Position numbers and translations under genes: made by a program. A DNA stretch of 64,000 nucleotides. It comes from Perna viridis (taxonomy: Eukaryota). The DNA lies in contig CM074517.1 in assembly GCA_037379345.1 (NCBI GenBank), positions 10,540,001 to 10,604,000 on the forward strand, given 5' to 3'. Shown here in pieces: positions 1-13,250 of the stretch (position 1 is its first letter; each line of letters begins with the position of its first letter). The notes beneath the pieces were generated by a model. It was not told the origin of the DNA and searched no databases. It saw only the letters and a program-made list of their open reading frames with translations.

Positions 1-899
1 CAATTCAAAACCGTTTACGTAGTTAAACTAGCCTGGAGATAGTGGCACCGTGTCATTGTAACCTTGGTTTTATGACATCATGTTGTATTAGATAAATTAC
101 ACCTCTTATTTAAGGTTTTTCTTTGCCAGGTGTCAAGATTTAGAGGGCATTAAAACTTAAATCCATTTGTTCTTTAATAGTTAGCATTAGAATTTAGTAA
201 AACTATTTTAATGGACAATTGTTTATGGAATATACATCGTCCAGTTAACCATCTCCCCCGCGTAGAGATCTTAACATACATATAGAGTCTAATCGCTCAC
301 AAGGGGGTTGAAATTTTATTCTGAATTAATAGCTTGACAGGTTCTATTTTTACGTTGAAGTCTTAATCTTGAAATTAATGGATTTTTCTAAATAATCGTC
401 TAGCTAGTTTACCCCTTTTCAAATGTCAGTGTATATTGAAGACAAATTGAAAAGTCGAATCTGTAGTTCGAATATAAAGTAACTATTCAAATGGAGTATT
501 GAATTATTTATTTTGTAGTTTGACATCAGCCTTCATTGACGTCCTTTTCTACTATGCTCTTAAGAATGCGATGTAAATATCGACCTTTTCCATTGAACTA
601 TAAGTTGCAAGGTTGACAGCCTTTAGCCATCACGAGTACACATAAATCATTTTCTAAGGAATTCGTTAAATGCTAGTCTTGTTCATTTTGTGCGTTTTTT
701 TCAAGGTTTTTGCTGTAACCTTTTCACTAGTTTAGCCATGTCTTATTTGAGTGATATTTACATTTGCATGCAAATTTATATCTACCCAAGTTTATATCTA
801 TCTGCCAATAAAAGCATTATTAAAGGACTAATATTAAACAAAGTTTCCTTTGCATTTTGGTAGTTTCATCACAAGTGCATATATTTGTTCACATTGTCC

Positions 900-1140
900 G
901 CAAGTTCCTCTTTAGGTTTAATCCGGAGTTCATATGAGCAATTTGGCGGGTGTTTCTAGAAAAAAGAACGAGGTCGCTTAACCTCCCGGGGCACCCGATC
1001 CAGGTTTATTCACTTATTGTTTAGTTTCTTTGGGTATTCTTTTAGTTTATATTTGTTATTTATAATGTTTTGTCTGATTTCTTAAACTATTGTTTGTCTC
1101 CGCATTACGGATGCATTGTTCCTCGTTCTAATCTTGCTTT
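900..1140 (+). mobile_element. Highly diverged 3'-terminal fragment of the PLE-like element
   Basis: atatgagcaatttggcgggtgtttctagaaaaa...gaggtcgcttaacctcccggggcacccgatcca. Confidence 0.6.
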
Positions 1141-1492
1141 TACTTGCACTGAGCCTTTTTTGTCCATATCTACAATGTAAGGTTTACCTTTTGTTGCAAC
1201 TAGACATAAAGTGAAAATGTGAAAAAAAATAGTGTATTTACATTGAAATCCAAACACCAAACTAAACAAAACGTTTGAATAGAATACATCTGATATCTTT
1301 TAAAACCATATCTTTGTCCCTGGATTTCGACGGTCAATAAGAATGCAGTAGTTGTAATCATCCAATAAACCGAATGTAAAAAGACGTAAATAGAGAAACG
1401 AGTGAAACAAGAAATGGAGAAAAATGCACCGACAGAGCAAGACAATCTACAAATGTAGCTCGTATAATTTTGCATTACAATTCCTAACAGAA

Positions 1493-1772
1493 CATGTTAA
1501 TCTCACCCGATGAAGTAAGTACATGTAAATCTCACCCCATGATGAAGTTAGTGCATGTAAATCTCACCCGATGATGAAGTTAGTGCATGTAAATCCCACC
1601 CGTTGATGAAGTTAGTGCATGTAAATCCCACCCGTTGATGAAGTTAGTGCATGTGAATCCCACCCGTTGATGAAGTTCGTGCATGTAAATCCCACCTGTT
1701 GATGAAGTTAGTACATGTAAATCCCATCCGTTGATGAAGTTCGTGCATGTAAATCCCACCCTTGATGAAGTT
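1493..1772. repeat. Minisatellite, ~9 copies of a 32-bp unit (catgtaaatcccacccgttgatgaagttagtg)
   Basis: Directly visible head-to-tail copies; the first copies are more diverged. Confidence 0.95.
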
Positions 1773-3637
1773 ATATGATCAAGTTTTGTTGGTTTGTTTT
1801 TTTATTAGACACAATTTAATGTTCGAGTTGTACTCTTGTGGGTATTATTTATATTTCTGTTTTTTTTTCAATTGTAACAACAAATTTGTTCAGTTTACAA
1901 TTTTAATAACCATACAACAGCAGAGGTTTTCTTTAGAAATTTATATCATAACAATTTGGAGATGCTAACATATATACACGCTTAATTTACAATGAAACCT
2001 CGAACAAAATTAAGTGGAGGAAAATAATCAATGAAATAAATAATAGAAATGATGGTTAACTTAAAACGTTACATGAAATCATCACTCTTTTTTAAGACCC
2101 CATAGAAAAAAATGAGGATTGGAGGAGAGAAATCAGGTCATTTACTTCATTATTTTTTAATATTTCAAATTGATTAGTCATAACCATTGAATTTCCCGAC
2201 CAATGTCAACAGTGTAAATTGACACTTTCTTATTTTGAATTCACTGGGTATATAAAATGCCAGTAACACTTTGCAATTAAAATAAGTTAGAAAGGGACTT
2301 GAGCTGAAAATAATTTGATATATTCACTGTTGTTGTGCGTGTCTCAGTTTGTCTTGTTATTTTCGTACGATGCAGTTGGCAGTAAGATCATAAATTTTCT
2401 TTAACAGTTTTAAAATCTACCGTAATAAAGCTGTTTTTACGTCGACCGCTTCTATCTGGCAGTGTTTATTAAAACGCTATTACAACGCTTATGAATGGGT
2501 TTCTATAAAAAAATATACTCTATATCAAGATATTTAACTTTTTTCAAATTTAAATTCATTTATTCCTAAACTGGCAGAGATATATTTTGTAGATTTTCAG
2601 ATATAGCATTATTACATTTGTCAGAGTGCATATGATCAGCACCATTACTACTATCATTTCCCATCGCTAATAAAAATTCAGCAATTTAGAAGCAACGGAA
2701 CGACTCGGGCTTATAACCTCGATTCAAGCTAGAAATAAACTTGGCAAGGTCAGAGATATTGAAAGACGATAAGATGGCAATGACACACTTGCCAATGGTT
2801 TATGTGCAATAATTTGACAATAAATACTCGTATATGGTAAGTAATGAATTTAACTCTCTACTAATGTATACTGAAAGGTTACCGTCTCAATAGTATGATG
2901 ATACCTTTTGTAACTACGGAACTATAAAAATAGCTTCGAACCTTTCATGATTATGTCAACGTATTTCGAAATTTCATGTAGATTTTGAAATAAAAACCAA
3001 CATAACTTCCAGGTTTGGAAAGGGACAAAATTTGTAGAAGCAAAAACGACAAATTTCCCAGTGATTAATAATTATCTACTCCTTTAAGATGATAAATGAA
3101 AGCAATGATCACATCCACGCACAACAGCGCAAACACATGTTCTTTACATAACAAAAAAAAACAATAAAACAAACATAACTTTAACAGCTTGCTAGAAGGT
3201 CTCCCAAAAAGTCCTGCCTTCAATGTTTGAAATTATATACAGCTTTATATTTTTTTAATCTGACGTTTCAAGAACTTTAGAATGTTTAACTCATTGTCTA
3301 CATTAAAATCTTCCAATATGTGTCAATGAAAACTTTTTTTAGGTTTGAAAAGATAAACTCGTATGATTCTTTACAGTGGATATGATACAGCAAACCAATT
3401 TTAGAGACCTTATAGCAACAAATGGAAAGCGTTCAGTTTGATCACAGATTAATACGCCATCAGGCACGAATTCAATTCGTTTTACTGGCTCCAGTCCGTA
3501 CACTCGGAACACATATAGTTCGATACCCCTGTGTAGTACAACAGTGTCTGGCCAATCACTCGGCTCGTGCTGTACATCCCATCCAATGAAATTCGGGGCA
3601 ACAAATTGAAATAATTTCCCTAAGATGCCTCGAAGTT

Positions 3638-4101
3638 TCACCGATCGTTATTCGTTAATTTGCTTGATTTTTTGTGTTTATTATGTCTCCGTCTATTTTT
3701 TCTCCTCCGCCTTTTTCTATCACCTTTATTTTTATTCTTGTCTGTTTTGTTTTCCCTGTTTTTCCCTTTCCGTCGTCGATTTTTCTTTTTACGCCTCTTT
3801 TTATTACCTTTTGTCTTCTTAGTCAATACACACTTGCATGATTCCACAACTTTGACTTTAATTTTCATTAACGTTGATTTCGGATGACACAACATTTTAA
3901 TCTCTTTTGTCACTTTTTCACCAGGCTTACACCGGTAGTATTGTCCTGTTATTGATTCAATAGGGTGTGTACCCTTCGGAGCACATCGTCCTATACAAAC
4001 AGGTTCTGTAATAACGAAATCCGGTTCTGCGAAACTGCATTGCAAACTTTTGATGACAGATTTCTTCCGAAACTTCTGAACACACATCATGGAATCAGTA
4101 T
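3638..4101 (-). CDS. SOST-like: Exon 2 (terminal coding exon) of a secreted sclerostin/SOSTDC1-like cystine-knot protein (DAN/CAN family; putative Wnt/BMP antagonist)
   Basis: Acceptor tatttgcAG precedes 4101 on the minus strand; TGA stop at 3640-3638. Eight Cys: C-x14-C-x13-CIGRC-x17-C-x13-C-x16-CKC. The CxGxC, C-x13-C-x16-CKC spacing and 'KVKVVESCKC' match sclerostin ('KVRLVASCKC'). A K/R-rich tail follows. Confidence 0.9.
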
Positions 4102-5280
4102 CTGCAAATATGAAACAGATAAAAGATCAATACTAATTCTTAAATTATATTTTAAATAGTCATGTTTGCCCGTCTTAGATTCATTAACCGTTCCCTGATT
4201 TACGCAAACTCGAAAGCTTGCAAGAGTTATCCCAGATGTAGAATTCTTACAAGGTTTCTACTAACGAGCACTATACTCATTATAAAACTGTGAAAGGCAA
4301 ATACAGAGTATGGCCAATATGTGTAGCTTCGTAACAGCGACACCAAAAGTGAACAGCGAATAAACCTTTTGAGCTATCTTCAAATAAGGCATATGACAAT
4401 AGCTCACTTATTTTCGTTTCTACTGGTCTAAGAATCCAAAGATGATAAAAAGTATATGTATTACTGATACTGTGAGCAACTCTTGAATGGTACAATTACA
4501 CTGAAGTGGGCGTGGCCTTTTTGTTTGTTTGTTCGTTATACCGCTGTCACTATCCGACATTGTTCAAGGGCCCTAACCCTGTCTTTCAGATTTAGTTTCT
4601 TCGTTACTATGTTAAAAGTGGTTGTGGCATACATGTATACTTCTTAATATCTTATGTCAGGATTTTTTTCTATAAAGCCGTTCTTTTCCCACTAATAACG
4701 CTTAGAGCATAGTATCATACACATCAAAAATCAAACGACCATTTGCATATGAATTTTTCATTTGTTCTTTGAAACGCAGAATAAAAGTTTGTGACAGTTT
4801 AATATCATTTTTTTTAATTTCAAGATAAGTTGTTATCGAATAAGGTTATAGGGTTTCTATTCTATTTCAGTATATTCATGCAAACCATCGTTGTGCAGCG
4901 ATCTGTGTAAAATTTTATTAATAAATATATCAACTAAATCCATCCGAGTCAAAGGTTGGTAATAGGAGTGTTCTCATATATATGCACTATCCACGTGAAA
5001 GTATATTTAACCTTGTGATGTCTAGGGTAACAAAAAGGGACATACAAATGAAATAATCCTTAGAAAAGCGACCGAATTGCTGCTCATTAAACAAGTATAT
5101 CACTATACATACATTTGTGTATACTTAAAAAAAAACGCCTAAATTGAAAATGAATCAATTAAACTAAACCCGAATCATTATTTGAACACAGGAAAGTGCA
5201 GACAAATAGCAAAAAATCACCGTTAAAGAAAATTCACACGTATAAAACAAAACTGGATAAAGATAAGATGTTAAGTAACT

Positions 5281-5427
5281 GTGGTGGATCCAGAAGTTTC
5301 AGGGTTTGAAATATCTCTTTCGATGGATTTTTTTTTCATTTCGTGGAAAAGTTGGGCAAAAATTGGCAAATAATTGGCTGGAAACCCCTTTTTCTCTAAC
5401 TTCTCAAAAACTCTGGATCCACCTTTG
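5281..5427. mobile_element. MITE-like non-autonomous DNA transposon remnant
   Basis: Inverted termini ggtggatccag (5283-5293) and ctggatccacc (5413-5423), plus inner aggg(t)tt/aaccc(c)t symmetry. Confidence 0.65.
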
Positions 5428-8400
5428 AGTGGACAAAAGTGACTTTTCAGGAATTTGCTCGTTTGCTTTTGGTAGGCAGTTTTACAAGTTATACTACTTT
5501 AAGTTAACTAGTATTTACAAGTATGGATCGAATTAGTAATACATCAGCGTCAAATACCACAATTAGAAACTTTCAATTTGATTCACGTGAAAAAGCGGAA
5601 GTCATTAATATAATATTCACACTCATCGAAACAAATGATAATAGTATTAGATTTAATACATGGATCAGTTTAATCATATAGGTGAGTAACAAAGTCGGTT
5701 CAAAAGGGCCGATGTTAGGTATTTCTTGTAAAAAAAATAATCAGTCATATGGTCAACTTACAGTATATACACGTATCGCACCTAATAGCTGTAAAAGGGC
5801 ATAAACATTTTGTAGAATGGTTACTAGTACAATTTATTGTCGATTATTTTCAACTGTTGACATAATATAAAAATTTCGTTATATCATGTTATGTTTGTAT
5901 GAAGAATATCTTGGTGGGTGCCAAATTGTCCTCCTGAATGACCCATTTGAGCTCAGATGTAAGATTTGATATTAAGCTGTTGAGAAAGTTTCCCTTACCC
6001 GCTTAATTTAAATGCAAGGAGATCTATAAAGGTAATCTTTTTATTCTACCATGTCAATACTTTTTATTGAATTAATTTATAATTTAAGTAAAATTTTAAA
6101 GTAGACTCAACATCGTGAATGCAAAGTGGAAGAATACACATGCTTATTTTCTATACCATTTACATATACGTTGAATTGATAGCTACCCAGCCGGACGTAA
6201 TCAGCGTGAATAAGATTTTTTCCCTTTCGAAAGAGGCACGGATAAGGGAACGGATATTATTGATTCAGTTAAGGTATTGAAAAAGCATTAAAGTTGATAA
6301 TGAGTTTCAGTGATTGACTTCAATACTTTTAAAGATCACAATGGGAAATTTCCCCTAAAATTTCAATAACGTAATCATTTCCATTCACTTTTGACTCTGT
6401 GAAACCCTCTAACTAACTCATGTACCCCTTTCGTGTCAAAACCAATGTCATCCGAATGTAAAATACTCTGATATAATTTGAGTTTATAAATTACAGGTTT
6501 CTTTTTAAGCCTTCAATAAATCCCATCTTATACTTTTTATCTAATATATTTTATGGAAGAAGATAAGTCCATGTTATTCTCGACCTTTGGGGACGTTCTC
6601 TCAGCAAACAAGAAAGAAGTAGGGAAAAGATCTTTAGATAATTGTATCACGATTCCTATCGAAACCCTCTTTTGGCTTTTTAAAATTCGCTTCAATTGAA
6701 TTAAGTGTAGAGTGAAACACGTGATTTACAATAGCTCACATTATTAAAAGTAAAATAGAAAAGGAAATAGCCCAACAAATCGCTAATTATTGCTACTTTG
6801 AGACACGTTTTCATTTTTCTATAGTGTTAATGGCTTATCTTTTCCCACCATTGTTTCGCTACGGCAATAGCAAAGATAACTAAAGAACAATGAAAGGAAG
6901 ACTTTTTTTTTACAGAAAACGTGCCACCAATACGATTTAATAACCAACAAGGAAACCACGATAAAACAAGAATTTAAACTCGAGAGTCAAATATATAGAA
7001 CAAAGACTAAGTCAGAGTTTATATTTTTCCACCTTTCTGTGTACATGTTTTTGAATTAGTCTTGTACTATTATTTTGGCTCTGTTTTGCCACGTTGTCGT
7101 CGTCCCTTCACGTGTAAGTTTCCTCTAATACCAGTAGCGCGGCGCTGAAGGCTCGTAATTTTTTGTCTAATGCTATTATCTATTTAACGCAACTAGCCTG
7201 CATTATGACCTTAATTCAAAAGCTGCTTGTTTTGGTTAAAATACATTTAAGTAACACGGTTTAGGCACCTTTAACGGACCTGTAGAGTAACTTTTGAGAC
7301 GCAGTAATGTACGATACCATATAAATAGTAATTTATGTTCTAGGATGATCTATGGCATACGCAACAATGATTCTATCCATTGAATTTATTTTTTTTGACA
7401 GACTTTTACAATTTTTCTTCTGTTATCATAATCTATATTCCGTTGCGTATCGAAGCGTGTAGATTTTACGTCTTCCATAGATCGAATTTAGGTTGCCTTT
7501 TGTACGTGATTTGAACAATAAATACATTCTACTAAAAAGGGAAAGTAATAAATTGAAAGCATCACCGCACCACAAGGATATATCTGCATGATAAGCATAT
7601 GGAAGAAAGAACTTGATCATCATTTAGTCATCACAGCCTTGTATAAACAATATCCTTATCTATTTTTGTTTCCTGGTATATAAAGTAGAAAGACTTCATC
7701 AGACCTATGAGCAAGAGATGATTCTTAAAACAGCATAGAGTATTTTGTTGATGTAACGAGGGTACATGTATAGTAAGCATGCTCCTATCTTTTTAATACT
7801 AGACTGAAGTTTTTTGCACAGTACATTTTTCCTTCGTTTAAACCTATTCGTTCACTCACTAATCAATCACGGATATGTGCCCCATGGTCTACTGTAAATT
7901 ACAGGTAGCTGTGCAAAAAATTGTTAACAAATACTGACCAGTGCGTTATAAAATACGAACCGATTCATCTATGTCACCACCCGCCTCGCCGTCTGAAGTA
8001 TTACGCCACAGGTTATCTCCCAAAGAAAAAAATGACGATTAGTTTATGTATAGCAGTTATTTTGCTGTCGATGCAGGGGAATGGGATGTACAGAAAATGA
8101 CACTTTTACCGGAAATGACCACAAATAACACAGTTAACTCTACTTGAGGTGCAATAATAGGTTCGATCTCGGAGGAGTCGAAGATAGTCATATATCTTAA
8201 TCTTCAGCAATTACCGGAAAATTAATACCTAAGTACAAAACAGACCTCAGAACAGCAATGGTGTCATTTATTCATGTCAATTCTTGTGATACTAAAAACA
8301 CAGCTTTTAAACGGCTATAGAGCAGGCCACGAAATACGAGATGTGTGTGTTAATTAAGAAGATTCCTGCATATCCCCCTTACAGGTATGTAGTTCTCCTA

Positions 8401-9019
8401 TCACAGTGTTACTACCGTGTGTCGAAACCTGAAATATTCCACTAACGTCTTAATAGTGCAATGTAAAGCTACTATGTATCTCCTAAAATGGTAACAAATA
8501 CATTCATTATTTGTATATCAACTATCCGTAAATGGAAATCATTTATTTCGATGCTAATATAACCATCAATATATTGAGTTCATTTTAAAATTTTCCAGAT
8601 TTAAATGATTGTAAAAAGATGGTAATATTTTATTAGAAAATTATGTTGAAACTTCACATCAAGGTCTTCGATTTAGAAAAGAATGAAACTTATTACTTTT
8701 GACATTTTTATATCTTTTTCTCCAATTGTCACCATAGCTCGATAGTAATAAAAGTTCGTTTCAATAAAATATAGGTAGTAGTTGCAATGGACACTAGGTT
8801 TCGGGCCACCCAGTGTGATTGATATAATAACTCGGGTCATATCTAGTACGTGTATACATAGTGTTCTGAGGGCTAACCCACTTAAAAATTTTATACGTTC
8901 GTAATTTTATCAAATACCACCATTATTATAAAACATAAGCTCTACGCAGCCGCAGACGTGCGTTCTCTTTCCAGACAGATCTTTCAAAAGTCGAGGACCG
9001 TATGCAAACAAACGTAGCT

Positions 9020-10088
9020 TACTCAGTTAAAATCCGAACTTAGAAACATTATACATCGTTGTTTTTCAAAAAAACATGGTACACCTAAATACAAATATAT
9101 AGTTCTTGGTAGAGATTCCTCATACTTTGTAAGAAATAATTCCAAATCATCTTCCAAATATACAGAGAAGATGTTTACAAAATGCTGTAATTTTTAATCG
9201 ACACCATATTTGTCCAGTGTGGTGGACATGTTTTTCAACAATTCCTTCACTCTTATGAGGCTTACTTTATAGCTGATCTGATCAGAAAGAAAGAATATCG
9301 TTTGGCTAGATCCTTCAATCTCAGTTTCCGCTATATAGATGACGTATTATCTTTAAACAATCCAAATGTCGGGGACTTGATACATCGCATCTACCCAAAA
9401 GAACTTGAGATAAAGGATACTACAGACACTGTGAAGTCAGCCTCATATCTTGACCTACACTTAGAAATCGATGGTAAAGGAAAACTATTGACCACACTTT
9501 ATTGACAAACGTGATGACTTTTCATTCAGAATTGTCAACTTTCCTTTCATCTGTGGCAACATCCCTTCAGCACCTGCGTATCGAGTGTTCATATCACAAC
9601 TAATACGTTATGCCAGAGCTTGCCGAAACTACGCAGACTTTTTGTATCGCAATAGGACTCTAACAAATAGGCTTCTGGAACAGGGTTATGTTGCTACAAG
9701 ATTGAAGTCATCACTACAAAAGTTTCATGGTCGTCACCATGAACTCGTGGATCGTTATGGTGTATCCATCTGCGCCGTGAAAACTGATTTATTCAACGGG
9801 TCATGGTTTTCCTTTCCTCGTTTGTCTACCCAAGACTTGACTTTTTATGAGCAACTCGGTGGGTGTTTCTAGAAAAGGAGAGGACGCTTACTCTACTGGT
9901 GCACCTGGTCTATGCTCCCAGTTTTTAGTGGAATCCGAGTTGTTCATTTGATTTTGTTACTTTGTATGTATGATTTTAGTTACTTTATGTTCTTTGTTGT
10001 GTATGTCTGTTTTCCATGTCTGGTCTTTGTTCCTGGATTACATTATTTTGATTACCGCTATAACTTTGATTCCCTTGATTACTCTTTG
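9020..10088 (+). mobile_element. 5'-truncated, decayed Penelope-like retroelement (RT C-terminal half, thumb and 3' UTR); longest copy in the window
   Basis: Translates across frameshifts to ...FLIDTIFVQCGGHVFQQ/FLHSYE...SFRYIDDVLSLNNP...SASYLDLHL...LY/DKRDDFSFRIVNFP...FISQLIRYARAC. It has the RT YIDD motif; the GIPMG motif region is deleted. It ends in the shared terminus ...cccttgattactcttt without poly(A). Confidence 0.85.
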
Positions 10089-12819
10089 ACTATTGGAAAA
10101 CATCGAGTTAATCATTTACCACTTCTGATACTTTATGATTCATGCAACCTCTTCGGAGGACGTCTGTGGCGTATAGAGTGACATCAGAACCCAAGACCTT
10201 GTTCGTAGTTGTCGAAAACAGAGAAAACGGAAGCAATAAAAACTAGAATAAACAAGGAAAACTTCTAACATCAATTCGTTCCATCGGAAGAGAAGGTGTA
10301 AAATTAATCATAAAGGTAATTACATGTATGAATCAATCATATATGTTTGCCTTGCATTTTTTTCTAAGAATTAGTCTTTTCACACTCAAGTTTCAATTAT
10401 TCAACAGTGTCACATTGCAAAAAAATTATAATATTAAAACATTTTAGTATGCATCAATTTCCAATAATAAGCAAGCTTCATGAAGTATGAACGACTCGTA
10501 TGATAGCAGTAAAAATAATTCGTTACAGAAATGAAATTTAGGAGTCGATTCAACATTGTACTACTTTTATTCTGCTTTAATCCATTACGGTATACAACTG
10601 CAAAGAGAACGTAGCCTGATTACAGGGTGTGCATGAAGACAACAAAACAATAGCATCTGGTAGTGATCAATTTCAGGTTTGTAACAGTAAGTGTTCTTCA
10701 AGTATTCATCATATGACTGTCCTCTCTGAAATTGTGTAAGTATTTTTACAAAAGCGACCAATGTTTCGATATCACTGCAGAATTCTAACGTACGTTGTGC
10801 GCTTTCGTTCATAAAAAAATATCACTCTTCTGGATAGAGTATAATATTTTCCCCTCTGAAACACCTATATTTAAGTGAAACTCGTGTAATTGTTGATTAT
10901 GCCTATTGATATTTGTTGAATAAGTACATAGACGAGACCCTAACAACATTGCCCGTGATTATTCCAAAATAAAACATTAAAGTCAATTAAATGAGAAGTT
11001 TTGGTGATTCGACCCCTTCCACTTTTTAAACAAATATAATATACATGGAAAAGAGTCAAGGTTCACCACTGTATGTGAATTAAATTCAATAGTACACTTT
11101 ATCACCAATGGCGGACCAATGAAATCAGATCTCCATTACGCTAACATAGGCAAACAATTCCGTTAAAGCGTAAATACACCAACGTATTTATCCACGCGTC
11201 AACTTATCAATGAATAAAAGGGTTGTTGTTCACTCAGGTTTTATGAATGACTTGAAGTGTTTATAACGTACCATTCATGGTTTTGATAATAACCTTGTTT
11301 CGATCATCCGGGTCTTTAACACGACCGATAGCGTAAACTTATGATCTAAAATAAGCAAATAAAGTAAAATTTCAATTTGAATAAATATCATTTATTGATA
11401 TTTATCCATACATGACAATTATAGCTCTTAAGGGTGCAATGTAAGACAACACGGAGCATTTCAGCAGAAACACCAATACTCATAATATCTTATCCTTACC
11501 ACTGTCATTCGATTTATTCACCACGCATCTAACATTGGTAACCAAAAGTATACATTTATAGAACACTGACATAACACTATTATAATTACGATATCTCAAT
11601 TCTAAATCGTGTGTCAATACATGCTCGTTCTGCATCCCCTTGATGGTGGTGAAAAAGACCTTCTGTAGTTGTGAATGCACGGTGTATTATATAAAGTTTG
11701 AAAAGTAACCTTGCAAGATATGATAAATAAAACCCCACATATACACGGTAAATATTCTACCCATAAACATCCATAATCTCATCCAGAACGGGATAGGATA
11801 AATTTAGGTTAAGATTACGAATATAAAGCTTGTATAAGGTAATGGTTGGAGGTTATTCAAATATTAATGATTTGTATGTATTTGGAAAGATATACTTTCC
11901 AAAGATTTGGAACATTGCCCAATATTAAGTTGCATATGTGTGTATCAAATTTATGAAGAAGATATACTCGTCTATTTGCAGATTAATCATTTATCAGTCG
12001 TTTTGTGTACATTTTATGGGTTTCATTTTGACATGCGCTACCTTGAGACATCTGAGCTCGCAAACAAAACCTTTGTGGTGTATACCTTGACTGTATTTCA
12101 ACATGATACGGATTGGTCTTTTCAAGTTTGTGTTTATTCAGATGAAGAATAACGTTAACTATAATGCCTGAATTACGATTTTTGAAACCCATCGGGTGTT
12201 TTACTGTGGCAATGCCTTTGACCTACATTCATTTATTCCAGATTTGTATTCTATTCAAGTTGGTCGTTCATTGGTCGTGTTTTGCTGCATTTACATTCGA
12301 CCTTTTCCATACAAACCAACTTAAATGTTGTATATGTAAAAGTGTAAACGAAAATTTCCTAAAAAATAAACCGGCGTTTGAATAAATATCGTGCATTATT
12401 ATAGTAACAGCTAGCTGTTAGTTCAGTATACACTGTTCTAAATGACGTCTTATATTAAAAGTTGTTGCTCTAATGTATTCGAAATGTGCAAATTGTGCTT
12501 GGAACGAAAATATTTAAGATCACAAGTCGCAATATTCCTCTTAAACATACCAAAACAAACCACTTGCTTTAATTTATCTGGCAATACTAAAACATGGTGT
12601 AATCATACAAAGAACATAAGATATGGTGACAATGGGGCAAGTTTTCGTTTTCAACAGAATTAATTTGGATAGCCAATAGATGCTATGAACCTAATTGAAA
12701 ATGCGAGTTTGAAATAAGTAAGATACTTTGTATTCATGTAGAGTAGGAGACGTGATATTACAGTGAGATAAACATCAGCGGACATCCGTATGCATTGCCA
12801 AAATATGAAGCGAAAGAAA

Positions 12820-13250
12820 CAATATGTACTAAAATACGTCAGTTTACATAGATTCATCGAACAGTTAATGATGCAAACTAAAATTTTACTAAGGTCGACC
12901 AATACTTAAGTGTATAGAAATATGCCAGGTACTTTGGAGACAGATAAGGAACTTACAATCTTATTGGTGTTACTTCATTATTCAAGATACTTCAGTGTAC
13001 ATCTAACTGACTTGCAGTGTTGGACCGATGTGTACTGAGAGGAAAGTCAATTAAGAGACATGTTACACGTATTGATGATGACAACATTCCAAATATGGTG
13101 TATTCTGAAATATGCCAGATTCTACAAGCACGAAAGGGCGCCGACTTGTAGTGCCAAACTAAGAACGAAGCATGTCGTACTGAAATATGTCAGATACTAC
13201 TGTAGTGCAGGGACTTGTTGGCGTCACTACTATGAAACGGCTGTGTAAAT
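12820..13250. repeat. Degenerate tandem repeat region
   Basis: Recurring gaaatatg(c/t)cag motif at ~12918, ~13107 and ~13182, with a weaker copy at ~12830. Confidence 0.5.

Noticed and set aside
1493-1772. CRISPR array or hammerhead ribozyme array (tgatga motif)
   Set aside because: No unique spacers and no cas genes; the CUGANGA...GAAA core with flanking stems is not present.
3625-3887. Hydrophobic plus-strand ORFs (65 and 75 aa)
   Set aside because: Antisense shadows of the K/R-rich tail; A-rich codons read as Phe/Leu on the other strand.
9500-9520. In-frame TGA in the RT as possible selenocysteine, with the 3' stem-loop as a SECIS
   Set aside because: The TGA arises from a 1-nt insertion (LY/DKRDD frameshift), and the 3' structure lacks the AUGA-N11/12-AA...GA SECIS spacing.
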